Shown: one piece after another, positions 12,544 through 25,555 of the stretch
Layout: the number at the start of each line of letters is the position of its first letter
How positions within the stretch are numbered: position 1 is the stretch's first letter
Origin: Octopus vulgaris
Lineage: Eukaryota
Length of the DNA: 64,000 nucleotides
NCBI GenBank assembly: GCA_951406725.2
Contig: OX597838.1
Span: 10,416,001 to 10,480,000 of the forward strand
Direction of reading: 5' to 3'
Position numbers and translations under genes: made by a program
The notes under the pieces: model-generated
Told to the model about the DNA's origin: nothing
Databases searched by the model: none
What the model saw: only the letters and a program-made list of their open reading frames with translations

Positions 12544-14095
12544 TGACATTGTAGGGTAGGTGAGAGAGGCTGGATCTGGCTGATTTGAACATAAAACCAG
12601 TAGAATATTTTGGCTAGTTTGAATACCAAAGGATTAAAAGAATGTTCTTAGATTCCTTCTTAACCATTAGTTTTTACTAATTTAAAAAAGAAAATTTAAT
12701 GAAATTGCTGATATATTTATGTTAATTCAATAATTATGGTCTTTAAGGTGGTGAACTGGCAAACCCATTAGCATGCCAAACAAAATGCTTGGTGGCATTT
12801 CGTCTGTCTTCATGTTCTGGGTTCAAATTCTGTGGAGGTCAAATTTGCCTTTCATCCTTACAGGGTTGGTATAATTGATTAACCCCTTTCTTGAAAAGGC
12901 AGGCCTTGTGCCAAAATCTGAAACTAATGATTATGGCCTTTCAAAGCCAAAAAAAAAAGGTTAATCGTTTAGATATCAACCTGTCTGAGATTGCCCTTTT
13001 TATAATACTAAACCACCTTTATAATCCTTTGGCGTTCAGATTACCCTATCAAATGTAATGCATGTTTATTTACATTGTTTTCAGTTAATCATGCATTATC
13101 TCATAGCTTCAAGGTTTTGACTCTGATTTCTTTATTCTTAGAATGGCATTATAGGATAGATGCAAGGGGCTGTATCTGGCTGGTTGACCATAAAACAGAT
13201 AGACTATTTAGGCCAGATATGGCTAGTTTAACCTTTTAGCATTTAAACTGGGCATATCCGGCTAAAAGTATTCTGCCTGTTTTATGTTCAAACTGGCCAG
13301 ATCTGGTCTCTCACACCAACCCTACAATATCATCTTTAAAATTAACAGCTACCTCATCGAAATCTCCTAGCTACAAGATAATGCATGATTAGTTCAAAAC
13401 AATGTGGATAAAAACGGATTATTTTTGGCAGAATAATGTGAACACTAAAGGGTAAATTCTGAAGGGTTAAATAAAATCTTTATTTAAATTATAATTTTTA
13501 GAACCTTTTATGTTCTAAACAACCAAGTTAATAATAACTTTTGTATTGCAAAACACTTCCACTATCATTATTTTTAAGCTTTATTGAAACAGATGTGCAA
13601 AGTATGTTATTAGAAATATGATAATAAAATAATTTAATTCACATTAGTTTTGACACTCTGTATAGCTGTTAGGTAAAACCTCACTAACAATAGTTTTTCC
13701 TACCCCATATTTTGTCTTCCCCTGTTTTGAAGTGCTAGCAAGGTTGTATTAAGAATGTTGCATCCCATCCACACAGTTCTGGGTTCAGCCCCATTGTACA
13801 ACTGAAAGAATCCCGTTATGTGTGTGTGTGTGTGTGTGCATGTATGTTCTTGTTTTGATTTTTACATCATAGCTGTAAATTGAGTTCCAATGTTCTGCAA
13901 AGGACATGCCCTGGATAATATCACCTTGCTTGGAAACAAGTGAGAGTTGGTATTAGGAAAGGGGATCTGACCATGGAAAATCTGCCTCAGTAAACTCATC
14001 CAACCCATGCAAGCATGGGAAAGTGAATTTTAAACTGACAACAGTAATCATGTATATCAATATTTTGTCTTTTTTTTTTTTGATGAAAAAAAACC

Positions 14096-14414
14096 GTAGC
14101 CTCAGTGCCGGTGGCACGTAAAAAGTACCATCCGATCGTGGCCGTTGCCAGCTTTGTTTGGTCTCCGTGCCGGTGGAACGTAAAAAGCACCATCCGATCG
14201 TGGCCATTTGCCAGCCTCGTCTGGCACCTGTGCCGGTGGCACATAAAAAGCACCCACTACACTCATGGAGTGGTTGACGTTAGGAAGGACATCCAGCTGT
14301 AGAAACACTGCCAGATCAGACTGGAGCCTGGTGCAGCCTTCTGGCTTCCCAGACCCCAGTTGAACCGTCCAACCCATGCTAGCATGGAAAGCGGACGTTA
14401 AATGATGATGATGA
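14096..14414 (+). mobile_element. (GAT)n-tailed retroposon family with internal ~60-bp tandem subunits
   Basis: gtggcacgtaaaaagcacc subunits, gttaggaagggcatccagctg core and catggaaagcggacgttaaa(gat)n tail. Copies on + at 14843-15122, 19214-19480 and 41525-41719; on - at 17240-17388, 23893-24213, 33260-33372, 43457-43610, 56542-56762 and 58718-59082. Confidence 0.8.
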
Positions 14415-16128
14415 TTCACTTTCATATAACAGCTTAAAAATCTGCTTGAGAGAGAGAGAGACTGGAATGCTTGAACACAACACAACTGGTTTCTACTTCT
14501 TGGGGACAGAAGTGTGGTTGTGTGATGCTCATGCAATTTCAAACATAAATGTGAAATTGCTAGCTGAGAAATGAAGTCAGGTTGCACACTCTACACATGC
14601 CTCTCTCGCCTCTTTATTTCTCATGTAACTTAATCATATCCAATGGCAGGTAAAGAGTGTGTATAATCTGGAACAAATTCAAAAACGCTTTGCTTTCAGG
14701 TTTGCTCTTTGTCTTTCTCAAATCAACTGAAAACATATCTTTATAGTAGTGTACTTCAAAAGTTGCAGAAGCTAAGGTGGTTAGGGTGTTTTAGTCCCCA
14801 GGCAAAACTATGATTAAAGGGCATTTCACTCCATGATCTTTTGTAAAAAGCACCATCCGAACGTGGCCAATGCCAGCGCCGTCTTGACTGGCTTCTGTGC
14901 CGGGGCACGTAAAAAGCATCAACTGATCGTGGCCGCTGCCAGACTCCCCTGGCATGTAAAAAGCACCCACTACACTCATGGAGTGGTTGGCATTAGAAAG
15001 GGCATCCAGCTGTAGAAACACTGCCAGATCAGACTGGAGCCTGGTGCAGCCTCCTGGCTTCCCAGACCTCGTCCAACCCGTGCTAGCACGGAAGACAAAT
15101 GTTAAACGATGATGATGATGATGTGTATATATCAGAGACTGCATTATATAACACATCCCTCAAGGAAGATTTGGTTGTTTTTCTTGAACCCCTTGGTGGC
15201 TGGGAGTAGTTAGCCTCAGCTCCTGTCAGGCCATCCAACCCATGCCAGCATGGAAGGAGGATGTTAAGTGATGATGATGATGAAGGTAACTGTGTGATAA
15301 GAGGTGGTCAATTGAAGGCGTGTGTTTGTGGTTAGAGGTAAACTTCAAAACACTGAGGAAGAGAATTATGATAAATGAGGATATTGCAAATGTTTTAGAT
15401 ATCCAGCTGATATTAAGGTCAATGTTTTGTTTTTTTCTTCTTCATATTTTGACTTTTTTTGCATGACTTGTTGACAGAAATGTTTCACAGTTGGATACCT
15501 TTCAGAATTAGGATAAATAAAAAGGAATAAAACTATACAAAAAACAGTTTGAGGATGAGATAGTATCATTCTCAAGCTGCTATTTATTAATGAAAAGACA
15601 AACTTAGTCAATTGTCATGTGATTGTATGTGTTCGTTTGTTATACAATATAGTTCATATCAACATTTCTTCATTTTAATTAGTTGCTAATTACAACTGTA
15701 TAGAAATTGCTGTTGAATAAAAGCATGTGTGCTTTTTAAATTAGTATTTAAGGTAATGTTATGTGCTCCATGGATTTTATTTTAAGCTTTTTCTGATACA
15801 CGAGTTTATTATTATTATTAAGGCGGCAACCTGGCAGAATCATTAGCACGTTGGGTAAAATGCTTGGCAGCATTTCATCCGTCTTTACATTCCGAGTTCA
15901 AATTCTGCTGAGGTCGACTTTGCCTTTCATCCTGTTGGGGGTCGATGAAATAAGTACCAGTGTAACTCTGGGGTTGATGTAATTGACAAGGCCCCTCCCT
16001 ATAGCAGAAAAGATTATTATTATTAAGGTGGCAAGATGGCAGAACTGTTAGTACTACACAGAGCAAAATGTTTAGCCGCGTTTCATCCATCTCTTAAGCG
16101 TAATACTTAATCATTTACATTTAATGTG

Positions 16129-16463
16129 AAGGCGCATGGCTCATTGGTTAGAGCATCGAGCTTACGATCGTGAGGTTGTGAGCTCGAATCCCGGACCGGG
16201 CTGCGTGTTGTGTTCTAGAGCAAGGCACTTTATTTCATGTTGCTCCAGTTCACTCAGCTGTAGAAATGAGTTGCGACGTCACTGGTGCCAAGCTGTATCG
16301 ACCTTTGTCTTTCCCTTGGATAACACTGGTGGCGTGGAGAGGGGAGACCGGTATGCATGGCCGACTGCTGGTCTTCCATAAACAACCTCGCCCGGAATTG
16401 CGTCTAGGAGGGGAACTTTCTAGGTGCAATCCTATGGTCTGTGTCGTGACCGAAGGGGGTCTC
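16129..16463 (+). mobile_element. tRNA-derived SINE, third family
   Basis: Head tggctcattggttagagc...gctcgaatccc; near-identical copy at 59491-59822; decayed copies on - at ~43124-43406 and ~8750-8922. Confidence 0.85.
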
Positions 16464-19400
16464 CGAACATTGTTTTAAGTTAATCAAGCATTATCTTGTA
16501 GCTTCAAGACTTTGATGGTGTGATTATTTTTTAGAATGACATTGTAGGGTAGGTGTGAGAAATCAATTTTCTGGCAGGTTTGAACATAAAACAAGAATAT
16601 TTGGGCTGGATATGGTTAGTTCAAATACTAAAGGGTTGATAGAACATTGGGCCAATGTGTAATTGGCAGTGATATCAGGAATGGCTGTCTGAATAAAGCC
16701 AAAAGATAAGTGTTGTTTACCTGTGAGGGAGTAGATCAGTCTCGACATCACCTTGGGAGATGCAGAAGGGCTGGCATGAGAGCAGTGGTGGATCTGGTTG
16801 GTTCTATGCATGATCTTGTCTCTGGGATCACTAACTTGGAATGGCACCAGCCAAATCAAGCAAGAGCATGAAGCCAGCCAGCCAGCCAAGAGAGCAGATC
16901 AGTGCTTACTTATTAGTGAAGCAGACTGAGGCAAGCAGAAGCAATATCTTGCTTCTCAAGAGCACTATTAATGACTGCAAGTAAGATTCTGAAATTGTGC
17001 ATAACTTCGCAGTCATCAGTCTTTATTTATTTATTACTATTTTGTATATATATATATATATATATATTTTACCACTTACTGTTCAGTGCATTGAAATAGG
17101 AGTGTAGCCAGGTAAGTTGAGGAAGGCAATTACCTGTCTTGCTTAACGAGTGCATACTACTGGTTAGGAAATGTTGTTATAGTCCGGGAAATATAATTTT
17201 AGCATTTTTCAAATTGTGAATGAAAAATCCTAAAGAATTCATCATCATCATCATCGTTTAACGTCCGTTCTCCATGCTAGCATGGGTTGGACGGTTCGAC
17301 CGGGGATCTGGGAAGCCAGAAGAAGGCTGCCCCAGGCTCCAGTCTTATCTGGCAATGTTTCTACAGCTGGATGCCCTTCCTAACGCCAAAACATATTTCA
17401 GTTTCCGTCTACCAAATCCACTCACGAGGCTTTGGTCGGTCCGAGGCTATAGAAGACACTTGCCCAAGGTGCCACGCAGTGGGACTGAACCCGGAACCAT
17501 GTGTTGATAAACTACTTTTGCCACACAGCCACTCCTGCGCGTATGAACAATAGCAATGGTGATTATTGCAATCTGGTTCTTCTGTTTTACTTCTTTCTTT
17601 AACAAATTAGTATCAACTTTATTGCTTTAATCTGTTTTTCCATACTGGAATATGTTGGATGGCTCTCTAGGATAGCATCAAGGATCATTCTTGTGGAATC
17701 TTATCTTATCTTGGTCTTCTAATGTTGATTATTATTATTTAACATGGCCTGGGATACAGCTGGGGGAATTAAGATATCGGCATACACTCTGTCATCTTGC
17801 ACTTTTTAAGACCAATTGAATCGAAGAAAAAAAAATCCTTACTTGCAAAACCTGTAAGGATTAGTTGAAGGAAGGGTATCTGGCTATAAAATAATCTCAA
17901 ATAAGGTTGCATGGAAAACGCATGAACTTCAATTTTTGTTATATCTGTGTGTGTGTGTGTGTGTGTTTTTATTTTCTTTTTCTTTATTTAAAAAAAAATT
18001 TTTCCCCTGATAATAGAGAAGTTTGTATCTGAAACAATGCTATTATTGTTCCTCGAAATATCATTCTTTAACTCCTTGACCCACTCCTGTTTTCCTTAAC
18101 CTTCCTCTGAACTGAAATTCACCCATGTCCAAGCCTCCGTTCAGGTTCACCATTCATTCCATTCTCATCTCTGTCTGTCTGTCTGTCACTCTCCATTCAC
18201 ATTCTTGCGAACCTATACACCCACCTAGCTGTCCTTGATTCTTTGTGTCTGTACCCTGAGGTTATGCCCTGACACTTCCTTTCCACCATCCTTTCTTCCT
18301 TTTTTCTTACCCTCCCTATAATACTTTAAACCTCTCAACATTTGGCACAAAACCACCTCCTTTAATTCTGCACCCCTACCTACTCTGTCAAGGGATTTTA
18401 TCTTGTAAGTTATTTGGTGACCCTCACTTATGCTGGTACCACAAGGGAAAAGTATCCAGTACACCCTGTTAAGTGGTTGGCATTAGGAGGGCACTCAGCC
18501 ATAGAAACCCTTCCAAAGTATGCTTTGGAGCTCGGTGGAGCTCTCTAGATACTTGGCTCCTGTTAAACTGTCCAATCTATGCCAGCACGGAATGTGGATG
18601 TTAAATGATAACTTTTGTAAGTCAATGTAATGTCATTTTGCAGACAGGTTAATTGAGTGAGACAACTGGAATTTTGCTTTTTTGTCTGAGTTAGTTTGGG
18701 GAAGAGCTTGAATTTTTCATTTCTGTATTAATAGTCCAACATCTCAACCCAATTTGCGTTTAGTAAAATTAATTGGAAATGGTAGATTTCATAGTTAACA
18801 ATTTAATTACTGTTCTGTTGAATGCATAATGATTATAACATCTGACATCAAAGTGGATTTATTGAAGTATTCAGCTATCTCGTGTGTTTGAGGTCAGTTT
18901 GCTAGCATTGTATGTTTACTTAAGCTATCTTTATCATAGTTTTAGCTTCTATCTTTGGCTAGCTTTTAAATGCAGTGACACCTCTGTAGTCATGCTAACG
19001 ATATAAAGTAGTGTGCATGAAACTACAACATTGTATGCTCTGTTAGAAGGTGAGGAATAACAGAACATAAAGTGTCAGAAGAAATGGCACTAAGCATTTT
19101 GTCCCAAGTACTAAAATAGCTATGAAGGGAGCATCAATGTGGTCACTTGACTTACTAGAATTAACAGTTAATTCTCTAGCAAATCATACCTTAATGCTTG
19201 AAAATGGAAAAGGGCTCGTCTGGCACCTGTGTCGGTGGCACATAAAAAACACCATCCGAGCGTGGCCGTCTGCCAGCCTCATCTGGCACCTGTGTCGGTG
19301 GCACATAAAATCACCCACTACACTCTCGGAGTGGTTGGCGTTAGGAAGGGCATCCAGCTGTAGAAACACTGCCAGATCTGACTGGCCTGGTGTAGCCTTC

Positions 19401-19544
19401 GGGCTTGCCAGACCCCAGTTGAACCGTCCAACCCATGCTAGCATGGAAAGCGGACGTTAAACGATGATGATGATAATGATGTAGGTCCCGGGTTGAGTCG
19501 GGGTTAACCACAGTAAATAAGGTACTCAATACATAGCAGAGTAA

Positions 19545-19651
19545 ATTTATTTTTATAGAAGGAGCTTCTACAGGACTAGAACTGTTTCATTCAAAATGAT
19601 TTCTTTTGAATGAAACAGTTCTAGTCCTGTAGAAACTCCTTCTATAAAATA

Positions 19652-19654
<3 letters not shown>
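19545..19654. repeat. Near-perfect hairpin (51-52-bp arms, 7-nt loop), Penelope-like terminus
   Basis: One mismatch and one indel between arms; adjoins a (TA)n tract. Confidence 0.9.
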
Positions 19655-19695
<41 letters not shown>

Positions 19696-20320
19696 TAGTC
19701 ATAGGCATATAAATATTTATTTGAAAACATCGATACATCCCATAGAAAATGCTGTACTCCAGTCTGGTCTTCCAGTATTTCACCTATCACCATGCCGTCA
19801 TTAGGATCCATTGCAACTCCTTCTGTAATATCAACAACTTTAGTCAGTGTTGTTATTTTAAAGTGCCGATAAACATCTGCTCACTCCGTATTGGATTTCT
19901 TAGGCATTCCTTTCCTTCCTGCAGGATTGCATGTCAGTATGTGAATACGTGAATAGCCAGTGTTGTTTGCATTGTGTGTTTGTTTCATGGAGTTAGAGTC
20001 CTGTGATAAAGTTTATTGATCACTGGTAAATGAATTTATCATGAAGGTGTCAGTAATCTTGAAATACATCTAATTAACAATTTATTTTAGGATCTTTTTG
20101 TTGCAGTCTTCATTCTGAAATCTCTTAATACATCCTGTTTGAGTTTGAGAAATTCTCAAATTCTGATAAGTTTCCTGATAAAGAGTTGATTTTCTTAGTG
20201 CGAACTGTTTTGTTGATTAATTTATTTATTACAGGTTTTATTTATTTTTTACTTAATCTTCAATGGTTTTTAACATAGGCACGAGACGTCGAATTTTGGG
20301 GGAAGGATACAGCCCATTAA

Positions 20321-20539
20321 CCCTTTAGTTACTAACCCGGCTGAAACCGGCTCTAGCTCTGAGTACAAATGTCTTGTTTTCATAAGTTTTGAATTAAAAT
20401 CTTCCACCAAACCTTCGTCACAATTTATGTTCCTAACACTAGCTGAATGATATCTAAGTTATTTTACTAAATTCTGTTATATTTAAGATTAATTGAAAGA
20501 AACACGGAGCATCTCAAAATAGATACAGTAACGAAAGGG
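20321..20539. mobile_element. piggyBac-like MITE, family B
   Basis: TIR CCCTTT(A/C)GTTACT, flanked by TTAA on both sides. Confidence 0.85.
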
Positions 20540-21491
20540 TTAAGATTGGCCTCTGGTTTCTGGCTGATGCATATTCTATCTCCAGCCTTGGTGGGATCTG
20601 AAATCAAAATGTAAAGGACATAGCTAAATGCCATAAGCCATTTTACTGCTCTCAATTCTTCACTTGAATCAATAATAGCTTGGTCTACAACTTCAACTCT
20701 TTTACTGCAGAAAGCAGTTTTATGTACCAAAATCTCTTGTTGAGGAATGTCATGGTTTAAACTATTTTCTGTTGAGACATGTTTAGTTTACTGAGGCAGT
20801 GTGACTACCAGAAAATACTGGTTCTATTTTTTGGTAGATATTTAACACCATTACTGGAATAACCATGAAATTTAATTTCACAGTTAAAGTATTAAAGACT
20901 AATGAAGTGTAAGTTCCTTGTATTTGATACACAGTTGCGGTTTTATCAATCTAGAGAATTTCACAAAATAGTTTGAAATATGAAGTTTATATCTAGTTGA
21001 TCTGTCTATTTATGTTTTCAATCAAAATGGTTCAACAAGTCTGTGTATACATTTATTATGGAGTTATTTATATGTCTGATATATTCTGAGTACATCTACT
21101 TTGTTCAGGGTGTCGATTTCACTTTGGTAAAATGGTTAACTGTAGAAATTATATCCAGATGTAAAACCTTTCTTCAACAATATGGAGATAAAATTTTTAG
21201 GAAAGCCATCTTGTGTGTGCTTGATAAAATACTATATGCTAGGAGTGTCAAATATACGTCTCTCAGCAATGTTTAGTCTAGCCCCACCCCCACTGTCTGG
21301 TGGGAAGAAAAAAATTATTTAAAAAATTTTGAAACCTTGTGTAAATGTGCATGTTGCCAGGGTGCATTTAGGATTGAAGTCTGACAAGAGTTATGTTTAA
21401 TCCCAGTTCTGATGAAGTCAATTCAGTGTATCTTAAGGAATCTTTTAGTTCAATCAATGAAAAAGAAGCTTATGAATCCATATATACTAAA

Positions 21492-21857
21492 CTAGCAGTA
21501 TTGCCCGGCGTTGCTCGGGTTTGTAAGGGAAATAACTATAAAGCATTTTTAGAGAGTTATAGCCCAAAAAATGGGGAAAAAATGATGGTAAATTTTTTTT
21601 GAGAGTTAAAAAGGTCGAGTTGCGTTCCCTAGACCATCTGTGGTTTGTGTTTCTGATTGTCGATCCCATGTCGAATTTATCGATCTTTTTCAGAACTGGG
21701 GGAACTTTTCAAAATTTTCGCTGCGTTAGTTTTGAATTATGACATTGGGCTATGTGTGTGTCAAGTTTCATCAGAATCGGTTGAAAGCCGTGGTCAGGGT
21801 GAGGGTACAACCTAACAGACACACACACAGACAAACTGCCGTTTATATAGAGAGAGA
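21492..21857 (-). mobile_element. Non-autonomous Helitron, copy 2
   Basis: Near-identical to 12172-12543, with the same TC...CTAG ends and A|T insertion site. Confidence 0.88.
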
Positions 21858-23029
21858 TGATGTGACCTATTTCTCCTTTACTGTATCTATACAACAGTAA
21901 ATTGTCTCATGCATATATTCAAGATCTTTGACCAGACACATGTCACACGGCCAGTAATATGACTGAGACCACTAACTCAGTTGTTCTCGTAATTCAGACT
22001 GCCAGCAGTGGGAGCTGTGAGCCATTGATTCTTTGGCTGATAGGTCAATAACCTGTTACATTTGTTGTAGGAGGCAGCTCTCTGGAATTGGTAAATTATA
22101 GATGCATATTCTCATGTATGATATAATAATCCACATATCTTAACCATTGTATGGTATTACAACAATCTTTCTTACGCAAATGTTTACTTAAACATGATAC
22201 TCTCTCTCTTTCCATTAATATAGGAACATTTACTATATCTATGTAGTATTTATTTAATAAGAATATTTTGAAACAAAAGAGTCTTTATCTCATTAAGAAA
22301 TGTTCTATCAGTAGCCACAGATTTTGGAATTCCTTCCTGTTTAGTATTATATATTGACGTCATTTTACTAGGCGTGGCATATGCATTTACCCATTACTTA
22401 AACCTTATAAGTCATGTATTCTAGTTGAGAAAAGGTTAAGGGTGGCTGGCTATTTTGAATCAGAATATACGCATAAAATATTGTCTATAGATGTAACAAT
22501 CAGCAAATAAACTTTCATATCTTCTACTATAGCTTCAGGCCAACCAGAGCCTTGTGAGTGGATTTGGTAGATGGAAACTGAAAGAAGCCTGTCGTATGTG
22601 TGTAATATGCATTTGTGTGTGTGTTTATGTCCCCATAATTTAGTGGTTTGGTAAAAGACTGATAGAATAAGTACTAGGCCTACAAAGTTCACCCTAAATT
22701 TCTACCAATTCAACATATTTACCCAATATTCGGTTTGCTCAACTAAAAGTGGTGCTCCAGCATGGCCACAGTCAAATGACTGAAACAAGTAAAAGAATAA
22801 AACCCAAAACATTTTATGATAAAATGAATATTGGGTAAATATGTCGAATTGGTAGAAATTTAGGGTGAACTTTGGTTTGCTATACGTCTAGAATGAGGTT
22901 AACTAATTATTTTTTGCTTTTAATACTGCTTTCATGAAAATTAAAAGAAAGAATTTAATGAGTACATAACTGCCAGTGATGATTTACAGCAAAGGACCAT
23001 GGGCTCTCAACACTACCAATCATGAATGC

Positions 23030-23365
23030 CCAACGGAAAATGGAACAAATCATGCTTGACATTACATTGCAGGACAAGAAAGCCAATGCCTGAATTTGAC
23101 AGCACATGAGTCAAGGATGACATAAGAACCGTCAAAGAGGACAAATGTAGATGGGCTGGCTACATCATGCAACTGAAGGACAACAGATGGACAATCAAGG
23201 TGATGGAATAAACACCAAGACAATGGACAAAATCAAGAAGCTGACCGAAGACAAGATGGCGAGTTGATCTCACTCACTACTTAGGGCCTACATGGTCATG
23301 ACTGGTCAGGGAGACACAGCTGTGGAAGGAAACCAAAAAGGGGTTCTCCTTCAGGAATGATGAAG
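23030..23365 (+). mobile_element. RTE LINE 3' coding relic
   Basis: Translates to KCRWAGYIMQLKDNRWTIKVME*TPR...PKTRW, the typical RTE C-terminal WAGH..R..D.RW motif. Confidence 0.8.
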
Positions 23366-24715
23366 CCCTGCTTGAAGTTAAGGGTTGACGCTTTACATCT
23401 CTTTCTGAGCAGTCCACAAGTACCAGTAATTGTGTCGGTTCAATTGTTGACCTTGCATCTCACTCTCTGGAATTAGTTGAGTGCCTAAATCAAAAATATG
23501 TTAATTTGATTATGAAAAGCCAATTTTCTATCACTTTGGATAACATTCTATTTAAAGGAAATATAAATTGTTTTTGTACAGCAATTATTATTTTTTTAAT
23601 TTGGTCTTATGCTCATTATTTTTGGAAATTTTTTTTTTCATTTTGTGATTGTATTATAGTTGATATCTAGATACACAGACAAGTGGTTAGGAAACTTTTC
23701 AGCTACCTTTTACCAAAGGAACAGATCTTGCACTTTAAGCATATTAAATAATCACTGCAAATAGCTTGACTTTCAATATGGTGTTTCAGAGAGTCAGTGG
23801 TGTGTGTACATTAGCTAATTCATTTTCTTGGAGTATAAACTGTAAGCAATCTACTTGCTCATACCTGTATATTTGTTGTCATTCTAAACTTCATTCATCA
23901 TCATCATCGTTTAACGTCCGTTCTCCATGCTAGCATGGGTTGGACGGTTCGACCGGGGATCTGGGAAGCCAGAAGGCTGCACCAGGCTCCAGTCTTATCT
24001 GGCAATGTTTCTACAGCTGGATGCCCTTCCTAACACCAACCACTCTGTGAGTGTAGTGGGTGCTTTTTACGTGCCACCTGCACTGGTGCCAGGCGAGGCT
24101 GGCAACGGCCACGGTCGGATTGGTGCATTTTACGTGCCACCGTCACGGAAGCCAGTCGAGGCGGCACTGGCATTGGCCACGATTCGGATGGTGCTTTTTA
24201 CGTGCCACTGGCACTAGTTTATTTCACTTATATATAGTTGATGCTCTTGAGAAAGGAATGAGGTTCCATAACCATACGTGTTTATGAAGGTAATCAATAT
24301 TTTGTTCTAGAGAATAAAGCTTACCAAAAATAGGTCACCGACTGAGAAGTTCGGTTCAGCTAATTCTTAACCTTTTAGCTGCTGATCTAGATATTTGTTC
24401 AAAAAACTCTACAATGGGTTCTTGGGCAAAATTCCCTCTCCTCATACATGCTCAAAAATTTTTCCCCCAAAATGTTTGTACCTGTAGATCTTTGTTTTGT
24501 GACTTGGTAACACAAATGAATGGCTAGGGCCAGTGCTGTTATTGTGACATTTTGTGCATCATCATCATCTAAACCATTAGTGACTGCAATGCTATGCAAA
24601 CTCTTATCAATTGGTGCAGAACCATTTTCGCTTTCCAAATCGCTCTCTTACTAACGGTTCGCTCCTTATTGAAGTCTAATATTCGATCTATTGCCTGATC
24701 AGCTGATAGTTTTCT

Positions 24716-24749
<34 letters not shown>

Positions 24750-25154
24750 GGTGATTTAAATCTGCAAAACATGGGGGGAAAAATTTCACCCAAATCCACA
24801 AGCTTACTTCCCCTTATAAGAGCCATAGGTCATATGAATCAAGGTCTTTGATTGGTCAGAAGGTTGCTAGGTGATTTGTTTATAAACAAGGACAGTTAGT
24901 TTGCAGTTGTTAGATCTGCTGCTCATATCGCGAGCACTTCAAAACATTGTGGCTGATAATTCAGCCACTTATGTTGAGAGAATTAAAGAGCAGACATCTT
25001 AAATGGAGCAAGAGTTTTCAAAATAGAGATTCCAGATTGGATTTTTTTCAGAATTGTGTAAGATTTTAGTTGCAATTTTCATAAACATCGTATTTATTTA
25101 TTGGATGATCTAATTTTAATATTTGCTTGAATTCTTTAGAATATCGTAGAGTCG

Positions 25155-25201
<47 letters not shown>

Positions 25202-25216
25202 TATATATATAAATAT

Positions 25217-25367
25217 AAATAAATGAAAGAATGGAGTTGAACAACGATTTAACAAAATTTAACACCTCTTATTCCTTCGAAATTAGGAATATGCAGCCTT
25301 CGAAACATATGTCGAGAATAAAGGAATTTTGTTAAATCGTCGTTCAACTCCATTCTTTCATTTATTT
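25217..25367. repeat. Inverted repeat (43-bp arms) between (TA)n tracts, Penelope-like terminus
   Basis: Arms 25217-25259 and 25325-25367 with one mismatch; the loop holds CGAAACATATGTC followed by AATAAA. Confidence 0.88.
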
Positions 25368-25515
25368 GTATTAAAAAAAACACACAAATTTCCACACGAA
25401 AGCACGTGATCTCTGCCCTTGGCATGTAGCTTCAACCGTGTTTTTCTGACGTGAATTTGCTACCCAGGTATCGGTTAACCGAATTATCCATACTAGGATA
25501 ATTCATTCAACTACT

Positions 25516-25555
<40 letters not shown>

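Noticed and set aside
16129-16200. tRNA gene (also 34095-34165 and 59491-59560)
   Set aside because: tRNA-like heads continue into multi-copy or TSD-flanked SINE bodies; no proper acceptor stem or poly-T terminator.
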